A stretch of DNA of 64,000 bases from the human T2T-CHM13v2.0 reference genome, Homo sapiens: the NCBI RefSeq assembly GCF_009914755.1, contig NC_060947.1, one strand, 5' to 3'. Below the pieces are notes generated by a model. It searched no databases and was not told the DNA's origin. It saw nothing but the letters and a program-made list of their open reading frames with translations. Both the position numbers and the translations under genes were made by a program. Shown piece by piece: positions 36,823-52,300 of this stretch (its first letter is position 1; the number at the start of each line of letters is the position of its first letter).

Positions 36823-39800
36823 AACCAAGCTATATGATTAGTGGAGCATCAGTTCCTAAGACCACAAAGCATGAGAGAGAAAAGGGAAGGAGGAGTGACC
36901 TTGGATGAACTTCATCATATAAAATTAAGAAACTATAGTGGGTCCCTGTACATCTTTAAGAAGCAAGTTTCAGCTCAGCCACTGACCTGTGCTAGACTTC
37001 AAACCTTACTCACAGTAATGAAATGCTTATTCCAAATAAAAGGGAAAAAAAGCAATAATGTTATATGAGTACTGATTTAAATCAGGCACTGTGTTAACTG
37101 CTTTACCTTTATTATCTCACTTGGTCCTGGGTCCTCATAGTTCTGGGAGACAATCATTACTGAACATATTTCGCAAACTGGGAAAGTGAAAATCAGAATA
37201 GAAAAGTGATTTGCTTAAGTTCACTCTACTGTTCTAATCAGTGAAGCCAGTATTCAAATGCAGGTCCCCAAAGCCCATGCATGTCCCATCATAATCCAGT
37301 ATAGATAATTCAAATATATATATTTTTGCTTTTCCTGATTTTGCTATGGAAGACAGGATAAACCAGCGTGGTACAGAAGGCAGCTTCTGACAAATCTGGA
37401 TGCAGGTAACCTGCAAGGAGAGAGTAACCTATCTACTACACAAAGTTGCCCATGCTACAGGGGTATTTGTTTCTGTGGAAATGGCTGATTCAGATAGATC
37501 AGGCTAAATGACTTTCCTAAGGATAATCATGATGGATGAAGCCAAAATATTACCCCCAATATAAGACATATAGCCTCACTCAATGCTATATGCCAGGCTG
37601 AGCCCCAAGACGTGACTGTAAGATCTCATGTTTTTGCGGTCTGTAAAACCATCAGCTCTTTAGCCATACAAGACTTCTTTTCTAACTTCAACACCATAGC
37701 CATCACTTTGAGTGTCACTTTTATCACCCCTCTCCCTCAGATCTTCCCAAAATGCCCACAACACCAGCTCCTCCAACGAGCCCGGGGAGGGACTTACCTA
37801 TTGGGACCTTACCCAAGTGGTCCAATACTGATTTGTAATGTACAGCTTCTGTTGTTTCTGAATTACTTTCATTTCCTTTACCTTGATTCTCTTCCAAACA
37901 CACAGTAGTGGCTACTCCAGGCTAGGGCCGGACCTATGTGTTTATAAATCCCACAGGCCTACCACAGTTTATGGCAGGTACTTAACATGCTAGCTGAATG
38001 AATATATGAATGAATAAATGAAGACATTCCGTTCTACACTCTAAGCCTCAGCTTCAGCAGGTGACTTCATGTCCTATTTTTCTGAAATCAAAAATCTCAT
38101 AAGAATGCCTGATTTACCCACATCTACACACTTAAGTTTCCATCCATCCTCCATGCCTTCACTGTCATTTCAAAGGAAAAGGAATACTGCTTCTTTTCTG
38201 AAGCTTCACCCACTAGCCTCCTTCTTCTCGTCCATTCCTAACAGTCAGAGGGCCTTACTCCTACACACTTCCCTCTATTCTAGTAACAGCCATGTTTTTG
38301 CTAGACAGATAAAATCCAGCAACTAGACATCCTAGATTTTCTATGGTAGTTCCTCAAAAATGTTGTCCCATCATCTCTGTAAGAGATAAAAAAAGTATTC
38401 CAAATCCCAATACTTCTCCTGAGTGTATATTATCCCCAGAAGAAACCCAAGAGTCTGTTTTAAAATCCAGATTTGGGGATCATGTTTAAAAGAAAAATAC
38501 ATTACCTTTGCTCCCCTTCCTTTTACTGCCAAACTCTTTCACATGTGTTTTTTTCATACATTATTTTCACTTACCTCCTGCTCCATCTTTAGTTCCCTGC
38601 ATTCTGGTTTCTGCTTGCACCACTCTGTTGAAACTACTTTTGCTTAAGTTAAAATGACTTATTTTTTCAAAATTCCTTATTTTACTACTTTATTCCATTT
38701 AGTAAAGAGATATATGATATTTGCAGATAACGGAACAACAATCACAGAATATTTGAAGTTAAAGCTTTCCCAAAAAATCCAGATCATAATGTTGCCATGT
38801 TGGCTACCGTTTAGGAGCAGTTTCCCCTTCCCTTATACCAGGAGGGTATGCCAAATCTGAGAAAGGGACTGCAGCTAGAGGTGGAGCAAGTGGAGTTGAG
38901 GAAGGGATTGCACAGAAAATCAAATTTTTAAAAACTGTATCATGTTTTAAATGTATCAGAGAAGTTGGTATCTAAGGACAGGTGTAGAAAATCCTTTTTG
39001 TATGCAGATGAGGCCTTATCCAGAATCTAACCATGCCCTAAATTGATCTGTTTTTAAAAGAGTCCCCTTAAAGACACACCTGTATTCTATATGCAAACTT
39101 ACAATTTGAACCCTCTTTCTCACCAACCCTTTAATAGAGAATTAAACTGACTGGCCTATGATTTCTACTTATTTATGATGAGGTACCTGTGGTGAGGCCT
39201 AACTAGGAAGAAGATGACTGAGGCACCAGAAAGACTTGAGCTGAAATCACATCCCAGATTTGCCATTTATTAACTGGCAACACTGGGCCAGTAACAGAGT
39301 CTTGTGCACAGCCCTCCAAGGATTGTAGAGGAGACTAAAACTAACAGTCTTTGTAAAGCATTTGGTGGATAGCAAAATGCTTGCTATCTACATATGGTTG
39401 AAGCTAAAAAGAAAAAATAGTCATATCTCTTGTCCCACGTGTCAGTGTCCAAATACTCTCTTTGACCCACACATGTCCATAGCAGATAAGAAGTGCTAGC
39501 TCTCTGGAAGCATATTTTCCAGCACATTACATGGGATTGTTACCTGAGCAAATACTCATCAGGCAGGGCTCTCCCAGTGGGGTGTGTCTTACTGTTGGCT
39601 ATACTTGATAAAGAATATGAGACTCAGAGAACTTGATTATTTTTTCCAAAATAAATAGTAACTAAGACACAGAGCTGGGTCACAAAGACTGGATGTTAAC
39701 CACCAGGCTGTGCTGCATCGACAGAAGCTGTCCTGGTCTAGACCAACCTCTAAGGATCTATCCTCCACCCTGGTTTTGTTCTCCTCTACACCCAGGTCAA

Positions 39801-40225
39801 GTGTTGCCTCCTCCAAGAGGCCTTCTCATATCTCATATCTCCCAAATCAAGAGAGAAGGAGCACTCAGAGCACAGAAGCACTACCAAGGCAGTTTCCACA
39901 GATTATAAAAGGGGTCATGTCACTCAGATTAGACTGCAGTTCCAACGCCTGACCCTTCTATCCCTGCCCCTTTGTCAGTAGGGATAGGGCTACATAAAGA
40001 GGCCTCCACAAAGAAAACAGGTGTCCGGTAAAAAAGGAGCTAAAAAAACTTCCAAACCTCAGTCACATACTAGCACCCGGAGGGAAAGTGCTTTGGAATT
40101 GTAGACTGGCTTGTGCAGGAAAACGTGCTTTTTCTCCCCTAGGGAAGGGCATTTTGTCAGCCACAGCTAAGCAAAGAGTTGCTCCACTCTGGGTTAGCAG
40201 ACCTAGAAGGAAATGCTGAGTCAGT

Positions 40226-40560
40226 CAAGAGCCCAAAGGCTAAAGAACCTGGAGTCTGATGTCCGAGGGCAGGAGGAACAGAAGGAAGCATCCCGCACGG
40301 GAGAAGGATGAAAGCCAGAAGACTCAGCAAGCCAGCTTGTCCCACCTACTTCCATCTGCCCTGCCTTACCCGTGCGGGCAGCCAATTGGATGGTGCCCAT
40401 CCACATTGAGGATGAGTCTTCCTCTCCCGGTCCACGGACTCAAACGTCAGTCTCCTCTGACAACACCCTCACAGATGCACCCAGAAACAATACTTTATCA
40501 GCTATCTAGGCGTCCTTCAATTCAGTCCAATCAAGTTGACACCTAATATTAACCATCACA
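40226..40560 (-). mobile_element. 3'-truncated copy of the MLT2 LTR
   Basis: Mirror of 26969-27303 only; the 3' half and its TSD are missing. Confidence 0.9.
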
Positions 40561-42628
40561 GTAGGGATCCTCAGCCTTTTGGTGCCTTGGATCCCTTTGA
40601 TATCCTGGTACAGCCGGTGGATCCCTTAAGACAATGATATTTTTAACATAAATATATATAACTAAACACACGGGATTATAAAAATGCATTGTATGGAGAT
40701 GGCATTTTGTACTTTTAGAAAGATATTGTGATGTGAGGAAATTTTTTTTTTAATTAAACCTTACATAACTATCACAAGATGGGTATAATAACTACCATAG
40801 TTTCAAAGTAGTGCTGAGCATAGGTGATACTCTGAGAAATGTGAAAGAAGTGTAATGTGATACCGAAATTTTTGTTGGCGACACAGTCACATGTAGTACT
40901 ACTATCAATGGAGTTTCATGCCTAGGCTCATAGTTTTAGGACATGATCACTGTAAGTTAGAGGTGGGTGAAAATAAAGGCGCAGCTCTTTTCCCCACACA
41001 CATGCACAGACCTCTCTCTGACTAGGCTTGCTTTACGATGCCCTGAGCACTTTGCCTGCTTAGTGGGCCAAAGAATTACAGACCATTTATTAAGTGCATA
41101 TCGTGTGCTCTTTTCTCTTTCTTTTTTCTCACAAAACTTTGGTATGCCCTATTTATGAAGAAGGAGAGATACAAAAACAAAGAGCATTATTTCAAAATCA
41201 TAAATGTGTTAACACTTAAAACTGACAGAATTAAAGAAAAAAATAGAAAACCCACAATCACAGTTGGATATTTTAACACTGCTCTTTCAATAATTCATAA
41301 AACAAAAGGCCATAAGTCAATAAAGATATAGAAGACTAAACAACACTGTGAACCAACTTGTGGTAATCGATAGTTATGAAATACACCACTAATGTACACC
41401 ATAAAATACAGTCTTCCTTCAGTATCTGCAGGGGATTGGTTCCAGGACTCCCGTGAATACCAAGATCCTTGGATGCTCAGGTCTCTTACATAAAATGGTA
41501 TATAGTGTTTGCATATAACCTATGCACATACGCTCGTGTACTTTAAATCATCTCTAGACAACTTATAATACCTAATACGATTATGTGAATATGGTTATGC
41601 TGTATTTTTTTTAATTTGTATTATTACTTTTTATTATTGTATTGTCATTTTTGTTTCTGTTTTATGTTTTAAAGTATTTTCAATTGACGGTTGAATCCAC
41701 AAATGTGTAACCTGCAGATATGGAGGGCTGACTGTACACATCTTTTGAAATGTGCTTAGTATTCAGTAAGATACAGGAACTGAGAAACTTTTTCTTAGAA
41801 AAATAGTAAATATTTTAGGTTTTGTAAACTACTCAACTCTGACGTTTTAGTATAAAAGCATCCATAAATAATGTATAAATAAATGGGTGTGACCGTATTA
41901 AAAAGAAAAAAAACCCTTAACTGACAATAACAAGCTGCCAGCTCACAGGGCGTACTTTGCCAACCCTAAGATACACTATATTCTAGGACCATAACACAAG
42001 TTTTAACTAATTCCGAAGGAAGAAAATCATACAGAGTACATCCTCTGTTCACAACCGATTAGAAATCAATAATATTTAGATACATAGAAAAGTCTCCATT
42101 ATATGGTGCTTAAAAAATCACATTTCTAAATTACCCACGAGTCAAAGAAGAAAGAGCCAAACCTGACACAGATAAAAGACCAATAAAAGACATTGGTCTT
42201 TTATTACCAGAAAAGACCAATAAAAGACATTGGTCTTTTATTACCAGAAAAGACCAATGTCCCTCATGAACCAAGATCCAAAAATTCTCAATAAAATATT
42301 AGCAAATTGAATCAAGCAAGCTATAAAAGGATATTATATAACGATGAAGTGATATTCATTAAAAATTACAAGGCTAGTTCAACATTCAGGAATGAATCTA
42401 ATTCATTCATGACATTAACAGAACAAAGTGATCATCTCAACAGATTCAGAAAAAAAAGTATTTTTCCGAATTTAATCTACATTCCTAACTAAAACTTAAC
42501 AAAAATATTAGAAAACTAGGAATGAAAGGATAAAAGTGCTCTATAAGGTATATGATTTGCAGATATTTTCTCCCAGTCTTTGGTCATCTTCTCATTCTCT
42601 TTATGATAATTTTTAAAGAACAGAAATG

Positions 42629-44168
42629 TTAAATTTTTATTTTTAACTTTTATGGGTACATAGTAGCTGTATGTATTTATGGGGTACAAGAGATATTTTG
42701 ATACAGGCATACGACGTGTAATAATCACATCAGGATAAATGGGGTATCCATCACCTCTAACGTTGATCATTTATTTGTGTTACAAACATTCCAATTATAC
42801 TTTTAGTTCTTTTTAAATGTACAATTAATTATTGTTGACCGTAATCACCCTGTTGTGGTATCGAATACCAGATCTGGGCCAGGCGCGGTGGCTCACGCCT
42901 GTAAGCCCAGCACTTTGGGAGGCCAAGGCGGACGGATCACTTGAGGCCAGGAGCTCGAGACCAGCCTGGCCATCATGGCGAAACCCCGTCTCTACTAAAA
43001 ATACAAAAATTAGCCTGGTGTGGTGGCGCAGGCCTGTAATTTCCAGCTACTCGGGAGGCTGAGGCATGAGAATCGCTTGAACGCAGGAGGCGGAAGTTGC
43101 AGTGAGGGGCGAGATCGTGACACTGCACTGCAGCCTGGGTGACGGAGTGAGACTCTGTCTCAAAAAAATAAATAAATAAGTCAGCCCGAAATACCAGATC
43201 TTATTCTTTCTACCTAACCATATTTTTGTACTCATTAACCATGTCCACTTCCCCTAGCCCCCGCCTTTCCCAGCATCTGGTTACCATCATTCTACTTCAC
43301 TTAACATAATGTCCTGCAGTTCCATCCATGTTGTTGCAAGTGAGAGGATCTCATTCTTTTTCCGGCAGAATAGTACTCCACTGTGCATATGTACCACATT
43401 TTCTTTATCCATTTGTCTGTTGATGGACACTTAGGTTGCTTCCCAATCTTGGCTATTGTGAATAGAGCTGCAATAAAGATGGGAGTGCAGATCTCTCTTC
43501 AATATAGTGATTTCCTTTCTTTTGGGTATATACCTAGCAGTGGGATTGCTGGATCATATGATAGTTCTAATTTTAGTTGTTCAAGGAACCTCCAAACTGT
43601 TCTCCATGGTGGCTGTATTAATTCACATTCCCACCAACAGTGCTCGAGGGTTACCTTTTCTCCACACCCTCCAGTGCTCGAGGGTTCCCTTTTCTCCACA
43701 CCCTCGCAAGCGTTCCTTATTGCCTGCCTTTTGAATAAAAGCCATTTTAACTGGGATGAGATGATGTCTCATTGTAGTTTTGATCTGCATTTCTCTGATG
43801 GTCAGTGACGTTGAGCACCTTTTCACATACTTGTTTGCCATTTGCACGTCTTCTTTTGAGAAATGTCTATTCAGATCTTTTGCCCATATTTTAATCAGAT
43901 TATTAGACTTTTTTGTATTGAGTCATTTGAGCTCCTTAGATATTCTGGTTATTCATCCTTTGTCAGATGGACAGTTTGCAAATGTTTTCTCCCATTCTGT
44001 GGGCTGTCGCTTCACTTTGTTGATTGTATCCTTTGCTGTGCAGAAGCTATTTAACTAGATGCGATCGCATTTGTTCATTTTTGCGTTGGTTGCCTGCGCT
44101 TGTGGGTTATTACTCAAGAATTATTACTTTGCCCAGACCAATGTCCCGCAGAGCTTCCCCAATGTTTC
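42629..44168 (-). mobile_element. L1MA-like fragment, right-arm copy
   Basis: Mirror of 23361-24900. Confidence 0.9.
42877..43179 (+). mobile_element. Alu, right-arm copy
   Basis: ggccaggcgcggtggctcacg start; mirror of 24350-24652. Confidence 0.95.
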
Positions 44169-46412
44169 TTGAATCCTTCATTGGTAAAAACCAGGCTGAT
44201 TATACTAGTACCACCTATCTTTGAGAGATGTGGACAGAATTCAATAGCTACAGAAATAGCAAGTGCATAGGGCAGAGCCTGACACATAGTGAAGGCGAAA
44301 TATATGTAAGCTCTTTGCTCCCTCTCAAAGCATTAGCTTAGTTTCCTCTCAGGATCTTTTCACACATTCCTCTGCCTGGAACTGTCTTTCCCTATGACTT
44401 GCCTTGCCTTCATTCAGGTTTCTGCTTAAATATCACCCAGAGAGGCCTTCCCCAACCCACCATCTCAGGGAATAAAGGGCATTTTATTTCCCTTTATTCA
44501 TTTTATTTGACTTTATTTCCCACTTTATAATATATGTGCATGTGATGTCTCCTCCAATAGGATCAAAGTGGCCCAAGGGAAGGCAGTTTTTCTTTTTTGC
44601 TTATTGCAATATCCTTGGTTCCTATTAGAAGCATAGCGAACCTTCAGAATGGTCTGTCGACTAAGTGAAAAAATAGTTGCAAGAGGTGCTTACTATTACC
44701 ATCCTCATCTTACAGATGAGGTGAAATAATGTCATACAGCTAATAGATAGTAGAGTCAGGATTGAACCTCCACACTCAGACACAACATCCCTCTCTCCAA
44801 CTAGAGTGTACTGTGTTTGCAAGTGATTTCAATGTTGGATGCAAATGGCCCTCAAATGTCAGATCTAAAAGTTGAAATTGCTAAACACAGACATTTCAAA
44901 GACCGACAATTGTGTTCTGTTATGCTCGTGCTTCAAATAAGTAAAATGTCCTGTCATTGATGATGAAGAAATTAAACGATCAGCATATATCAGTCCCATG
45001 CCATCATGCATGTGAAATCAGAAAATTCAAAAATACTTTATCCCGGTGTTCAAAGAGCAAATGAAAAAATGCTCAGAAAATATCAGAATTTTGAGGAATA
45101 TCTTCTGTATAATGAAAAATCACTTGGGCCATGAAATATTCATGGAACTTCATAAAGAAATAAAATGATGGCTGTGTCTTTGCCATTAAAATTCAGTCTC
45201 GCCTGTGATACCTGTCTACTGAAATGAGAGGGCAACCTTCTAGAAATCTTACAAATCACAAAATGAAGGTTGGGGTGACCAAAATTTGGGAACATCAACC
45301 TTGGATATATCCATTGGAGACAAGAAAGCATTGTGTCATAATTAGTAGTACATGTATGCATTATTCCTTTAACATAAAATAAGAAAAATAAGAGTTCACT
45401 TACAATTACATATCATTCCGTATTTCTTTCTTTGGTTTCATAAATGCCATTGTTTAAACAAGGTGACAACGGGACTAGTTTACAGTGGCAAATAGTAGTA
45501 AATAAATGGACTATTTACACAATAGATGTGAAAAATATAACGGTATAGCATAATGTTCCTTTCTGTCTTTTGACACGGCAATTTATGGTAACTGTTTTTA
45601 GAAAAATTCTTATTGGATTTTAAAATTTTGTTGGCTATATCATTACTTTTTATCATACACAACCAGAAGACTTTTTAAAAGGCATATGCAGAAACAGCAG
45701 TAATAACCACACAGATACTTACCTACATTAAAAAAAAAAAAACCCACTGGCTGGTTTCATTCTGTCACCAACATAGTAAGATATTTTTATTTTTTCTGTC
45801 ATAACTCTTCTCTGAACTGCCCGCCATGTTAGAACTTCCTTTTTTCTTTTCTTTTGTGCAGTGGCTAATCAGCACTCAACCAGACTTATAATTTACTTAG
45901 ACATATCCAGTTCTCCTCTTCCCAAGGCCACATTAGATTGCCTCCTGGCATCAGTCCAATGTAATGACATTGAACTAAATATCCTCTCAACAAAAGCGTT
46001 TGAGCATGGATTTTACTTCTACCTACAGTAGGTTTTAGATTGTAGAAATTGATTTCCAGGTTTCCAGAAATGTGCATTTCCTTTCTATACATAAGGCTTG
46101 CTTTGTCAGTCAATCGGGTCCTTTGTATCAATGATTCCTCCTATAGACTGTTCATGGCTAAAGTGTCCATAATTCTTAAACACTCTGAAGCACACTGGAT
46201 GTCATTGTATGTTACATCGCTCTTTCTCGGGAAAAAGGTTTTTAAAGATCAAGGGTAATTTGAACTTGCATTGTTGAAGTTGGATTTCCTATAAGTTAAA
46301 TTATTAGCAAAGAAGTTGAGAAAGTCCTGTTTGATGTGGAAGCCTTTTGCTAGTGACCTTTTTTTCTCTTGATTTCTCAAGCAGTCTTTTTGCCAAAAAA
46401 AAAAAAAAAGTG

Positions 46413-46446
<34 letters not shown>

Positions 46447-47929
46447 CATGTCAGTTTTCATTGCAACCTGCACATAACATGGAACAATTCAGGGGCAGTC
46501 AGTTGATAGGTTCTTAAGCTCTTTATGGCCTCTTCAAGGACCTTCGCACAGTTTTGGAGAAATGGCATATACATTTCTGCTTTACTGTATCTCTCGTCTC
46601 CATTTTACTGTAATCCTTTTCTTTATTCCTATCTTCAGCATATTTCCAAATAAGAGAAAGATATTCTTCGTGTCTCACACTTTGAAAATATGATTTTATG
46701 GGCAGCTGGACATCTTAACATCTTTTCCATGGTTGGCAGCAATGACAGACATCTTATAGTCTCATGTCTCTGTCAAACCTCATTACTTCTGCATGTTTGA
46801 GGAAACTAAAAAGTGGCAACAAACCTTCACTATATAGGTCTCAAAATCACAGGTAAGCAAATCACACTTTTCTTCTCAAATCAGTGTTGAGTACATGGTG
46901 TGCAGCACATTTAACAGGTAAGAGCTTTTCATTTTCTTTGATAGGAAGTTTGTAGGCTGGATGGATTCTGCCAAATTGTACATTTGCTCTGTCTTTCCAC
47001 TATGCAGATCGATGAGCAAAGCTGAGTTTGTATTTGGAAAGGTATCAGCAATCTTTTGCTCTATGTGTCTGCGGTTTCATTAAAATCTTCACAGGAATCA
47101 AGAAGACTATTTGCAACTGCATTTTCCAAATCGAATTACATAAGAGCTTGGGGGAGATGTTTTGGTCATTGCCATTGGATGGACACATCACTTGATACAC
47201 TCTAGAAAGCATGATAGTTGGTAAGATCTGACAGAATAAGCTCTACACGCATTCTAAGGTCCCAGCACATCTGTGATCAAACTTTCTCTTATTCATGTAC
47301 AGAACATGTTTGTTGCAAACTCTGAATGTAACTTCACTCAGCTTCATAGAGCAATCAAGGAAATGGAAGCACAATGTGTGTGGGGTCAGTGTGGTATGCC
47401 CACAATAATTCAGCAGGCTCCGTTTTCAATGGGACATTGGTGACTTTTTTGGGAGTCTTTTGGTTGCTTTCACATCCCCTTCTCCACCATACCTGACCCC
47501 AGGTTATTTCTGCATTTTGCGTAGTGTTTTCTGGTTTTGTCATTTACCTCCCTAATCCAGTCTTATGTGTTCTTCCATCCGTCACTAAAATAACACAATA
47601 ATTTGTCTGTCTTTTTTTTTTTTTTTTTTTTTTTGGTCATGCTGGCAGTGGTATTGTCATCATTCTCGTTTTCATGATGTGAATTCTTAGATCTGTACTC
47701 ACAATGTACAGTGAATTCACTGAATTCACAACGTTAAAAGTTAAACCAGCACTATCGCAATTCAGGTCACAACTGTCGATCCACAGACAGAGTGCTAATG
47801 CTCAGGAATACAACATGCTTAAGTTGTGCACTAAATTCACATCAGAATGTCACCATGTATAATCCATTATTGGGGGCCCCAAATCATAGTTGCCAATATC
47901 AGCAGTGAGGGGATAAAAGAAACCATGGA

Positions 47930-48259
<330 letters not shown>

Positions 48260-48961
48260 TATGGAAACATGGAAAGTGGATAATCTGTGCGGTGTCCATT
48301 TCACACTAAAAACAGGGTTACTTTCAGCCCCTATATTGGGGGCCACCTGTAAGAAGCCTGTCCCTCCTCCCACCCCAAATTTCTACACCCATCTATGAAA
48401 CCTGTGTCTTTGCATGTCCCTCAGAGAGGTTTCCAGGACACAGGAATCTCAGTGCTCATGTCAGGAGAGTCAACTTCAACTATTTCAGTGGAAAGCCTAA
48501 TGAAATTTATCTAAAATGTGAAATTTGGGAGAAATCTCATCTGAAATCATGTACCAAACCTTACGCGTACATGCTGTGTGTAGCCATAAGAATGGGTTGA
48601 GAGAATGAGGTTAATGCAAAAACACTCAGATGAACATGTATTCGAATTTGAAAGGCGTTGACCATGGAATGCTAGGAAGAAAGTCTGAAATTTTAGCCAA
48701 CGATTCAGATAATTTTGCAGATGTTTTACTTTGGTGACAAGTCATCATGTTCAATTATCTCTGGCTGGTGCCATAAAGGATATAAAGCAAATATTCGAAA
48801 GTCTTTTCTCAATAAACTGTGTTTACCATCTTACTTCAAGTAACCTGCAGAAAGAAGCAACATTCTGAAAAGCTAGAAATTGAAATAATGAAAGTGTGAA
48901 GAATCCCTGGACCCAGTCAGCTCCTTATATCACTGCAGCTGCAAAAGAGTTTGGAAGTTCT

Positions 48962-49353
<392 letters not shown>

Positions 49354-52300
49354 TTAAGCTACAAATTTAATCCTGTGTTACATAGTTTTGTCAGAAATCA
49401 CTTATTGAGGGGATATAAAGAACCCGTTTCAATATTTCATTGATATGCTGATTTATGTACTGATTGATATTACCATAACCTTTGTAAGTTATTGTGAATA
49501 CCATCCTCATTTGTGTGTGCTCTCCAGGTTTCTTTCCTCTGCCGGCCCTCTTTTAGGGGTGGAAGGCGTTCTGGACACCAGGGTAGATTCTCTTCAGCTC
49601 TCAGTTGCTTTCCTGATTCTCCACTGGGATTTGCCCTACTGCAGCTCTGTTTTTTTAGAAACCAGTTTGTGTGCCCAGGAGCAGTGGTTGATCCACTTTG
49701 TGTGAGCTGCATGGTAGAAAGGGCAAATGACTCCTGTGTTGGGTGACGACCTTAAACCACCTTTTCCTCCACTGCTCCTGTCAGGCCCCACCTCACAGTT
49801 TGACAGTGATTGAGAGACTTGAGGCTCCTTCCATCTGCCGTTAGAGCCAATCAGGCCTGTGGAGATCAAATGCTCTCGATTTTCAGGGCCAGCTCTGATT
49901 ACATCTAATTGTATCATTATGAAAACTGCAATTTGTTCAATGTGTGGGCAAATGTGATTGAATTTTTATATCTTCATGAGGACTCACATGCCTACGTTCA
50001 CAAATCAAGATGAAGTCAAGTAAAAAGATATACAAGACATAAAACCTATTTATGGTATTATCTTAGCCACCTAAAATATACATAGAAGAGGGGGATTGCA
50101 TATGTTGCAATGCGTACGGTGGGACTTTGTGATGGTGAGATAATAGGTGACTTTTGTGTTTCTTTGTTTCCAAAAATCATTATAATGTGCTAATGTGGTG
50201 TGTTTTATAAAAGACAAAAAAAATTAAAAAAATAAGGATAAAACCTCTTTCAGATCACTTTCCTCTACATTTGGTTTTAAAATGTAGTTAATGTATAATG
50301 GGACAACTTCTCATCTCCCCTTTCCAGTAAGAGGCCATCCTATCTCCACAAGATTTGCCTTTACACACACACACACACTCACACACACTTGCACAAACAC
50401 TACTGCATCCCCCCCCCAAACACACACAAAATCACGCACTTTTCTGAACTTTTCTCACTTAGCACTCTGTACCTTACCATTAGTGCAGCAGTGAACAGGG
50501 GTGTGATATTTGGTGGGGCACTCTGGTAAGATTGCCACCTCCTGCCCCGGTGTAATGGATCCCCAGAGACAGAGGATCCCCTAAACAGAAGTTTCTAAAT
50601 AGTGCAAGATTCCTTTGTTATATTGCTATTGTCTTGAAAATGGCGCTGACTTTGGTAAAGACATGAGCCCATGCTTCTGACTCCTAAGTCTCTCTGGATC
50701 TCAAATACTTTCTCTACCAAGCTCACATATGAGACAGTTCATACCTTCTGTCACCTGGTTTCTTATAGGTAAGAAAATCTCAAGCAGGACGCCTTCAACA
50801 TTCTTACCAAGGGTCCATGTTATTTTATAAATAATTTGTACATTCGTTCTTCAACAACAACAGCAAAGCGGTGCCTTTTAAAAGTAAATTATGATTGATT
50901 AAGAAATCCAAAAGACAACGCCTTCCATCCATGTTCTTTCTCTGGGAAAATAAACACTGTTTCATGTTGCAGAGCCATTTGCTGAACCATTTGTTCAAGG
51001 GTGGCTTATTTCTGTCAGAATCTACAATTGGCATGAGGTCTATGAATATGTAGTTCACAGGTATTTTTCATATTTCTCTTGCTATTGTTTCCATGAACAT
51101 GACTCTTTCTTCTTCCTAATCTCTTGCCCCCACATTACCCTCACTAATGCAAGCAAGTCATTTTTAACTTTTTATTATGAAAACTTCAAACACATAAAAG
51201 CAGAAAGCATGTTAGAATGCACTCCATGTACCCATTAATTTCAAGAGCCATCAACTTCAACAATCATTAACTTTCTTCAATCCTTGTTTCATCTATCCTC
51301 CATCATACTTTTAATTTTTCTTTTCCGAGTACAGAGAAGCCAAGTATAGACATCAAATCTTTTCATCCAGAAATAGACTTTAATAGGTAAGGGCCTGTTT
51401 TAACATAAGCAGGATACAATATCATACCCTAGAAAAGACTAAGACTGACCGAACATCATCTACTCTCCAGTACCTTTTCCATTTTCCCAATTGTCTCATG
51501 AAAGATTTTTTCCAGTTCATGTGACCCCATTAAGATCCGAAAAGTTCCACACATTGCATGTAATTTTCAGTGTCTCTTAGAGTCTTTTGATAGATTCCAC
51601 TTTCCCCTCATTGTTTCTGGGCCATTTCTTTTTTCAAGAAAATATAACCTGCTCACTTCTTGCCAGGACTGGGGAAACAAACGGGTCCCGGTTTACAAAT
51701 CTGGCTGGAAGATAAAGGCAGTCATGGTTCTCTTGATCCTTGAGCCACAGGGTTGAGCCTGGGCAGCTTTTGGGTGACTCTCTTCTTCTTTTTTCCATTT
51801 TCAAAATTTAATATGTTTCATGAATAAAATTTTTATAATGAAAAAACGGGCAAGTAAATAGAAACAAAGAAAGACTTTAATTGTCACTGTGGAAGGGGTA
51901 CATGCTCCACATTCTGTTCATGGCAATTAGAGGCCATCTCTCCCCAACAATATTTGAACCCAAAACATACACACCGGTCTAGGGAACTCGAGCAGTGGGT
52001 TACTTTCTCTCCTTACCACTAGTGCACCAGGAGAGTGGTCGATCTGGCAGGATCCCTTGGAAAGGTTGTTCTCCCCTACCCAAGGGTAAAGGTTCTTAGA
52101 TGGGTTGTCCCTTTGCCCACTTCTGGGAGAAAAAGGCCTGCCTAACCCTCAGCCCCTTTTTAGAGGGGTGAGGCCCCCTTTGAAACAGAGGCCCCTTTGA
52201 AACACTCCATTCAGATCTTACTGGGTCCCCCAGGGAATAGCAGTAGAATTTTGAGCCTAGGGTATCAGCTATCACCTTCACCTGTGAGGATCACCCCCAC

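Larger units (their letters stand above)
27304..40225. other. Palindrome spacer (12,922 bp)
   Basis: Arm-to-arm identity stops at 27303/40226. Confidence 0.95.
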
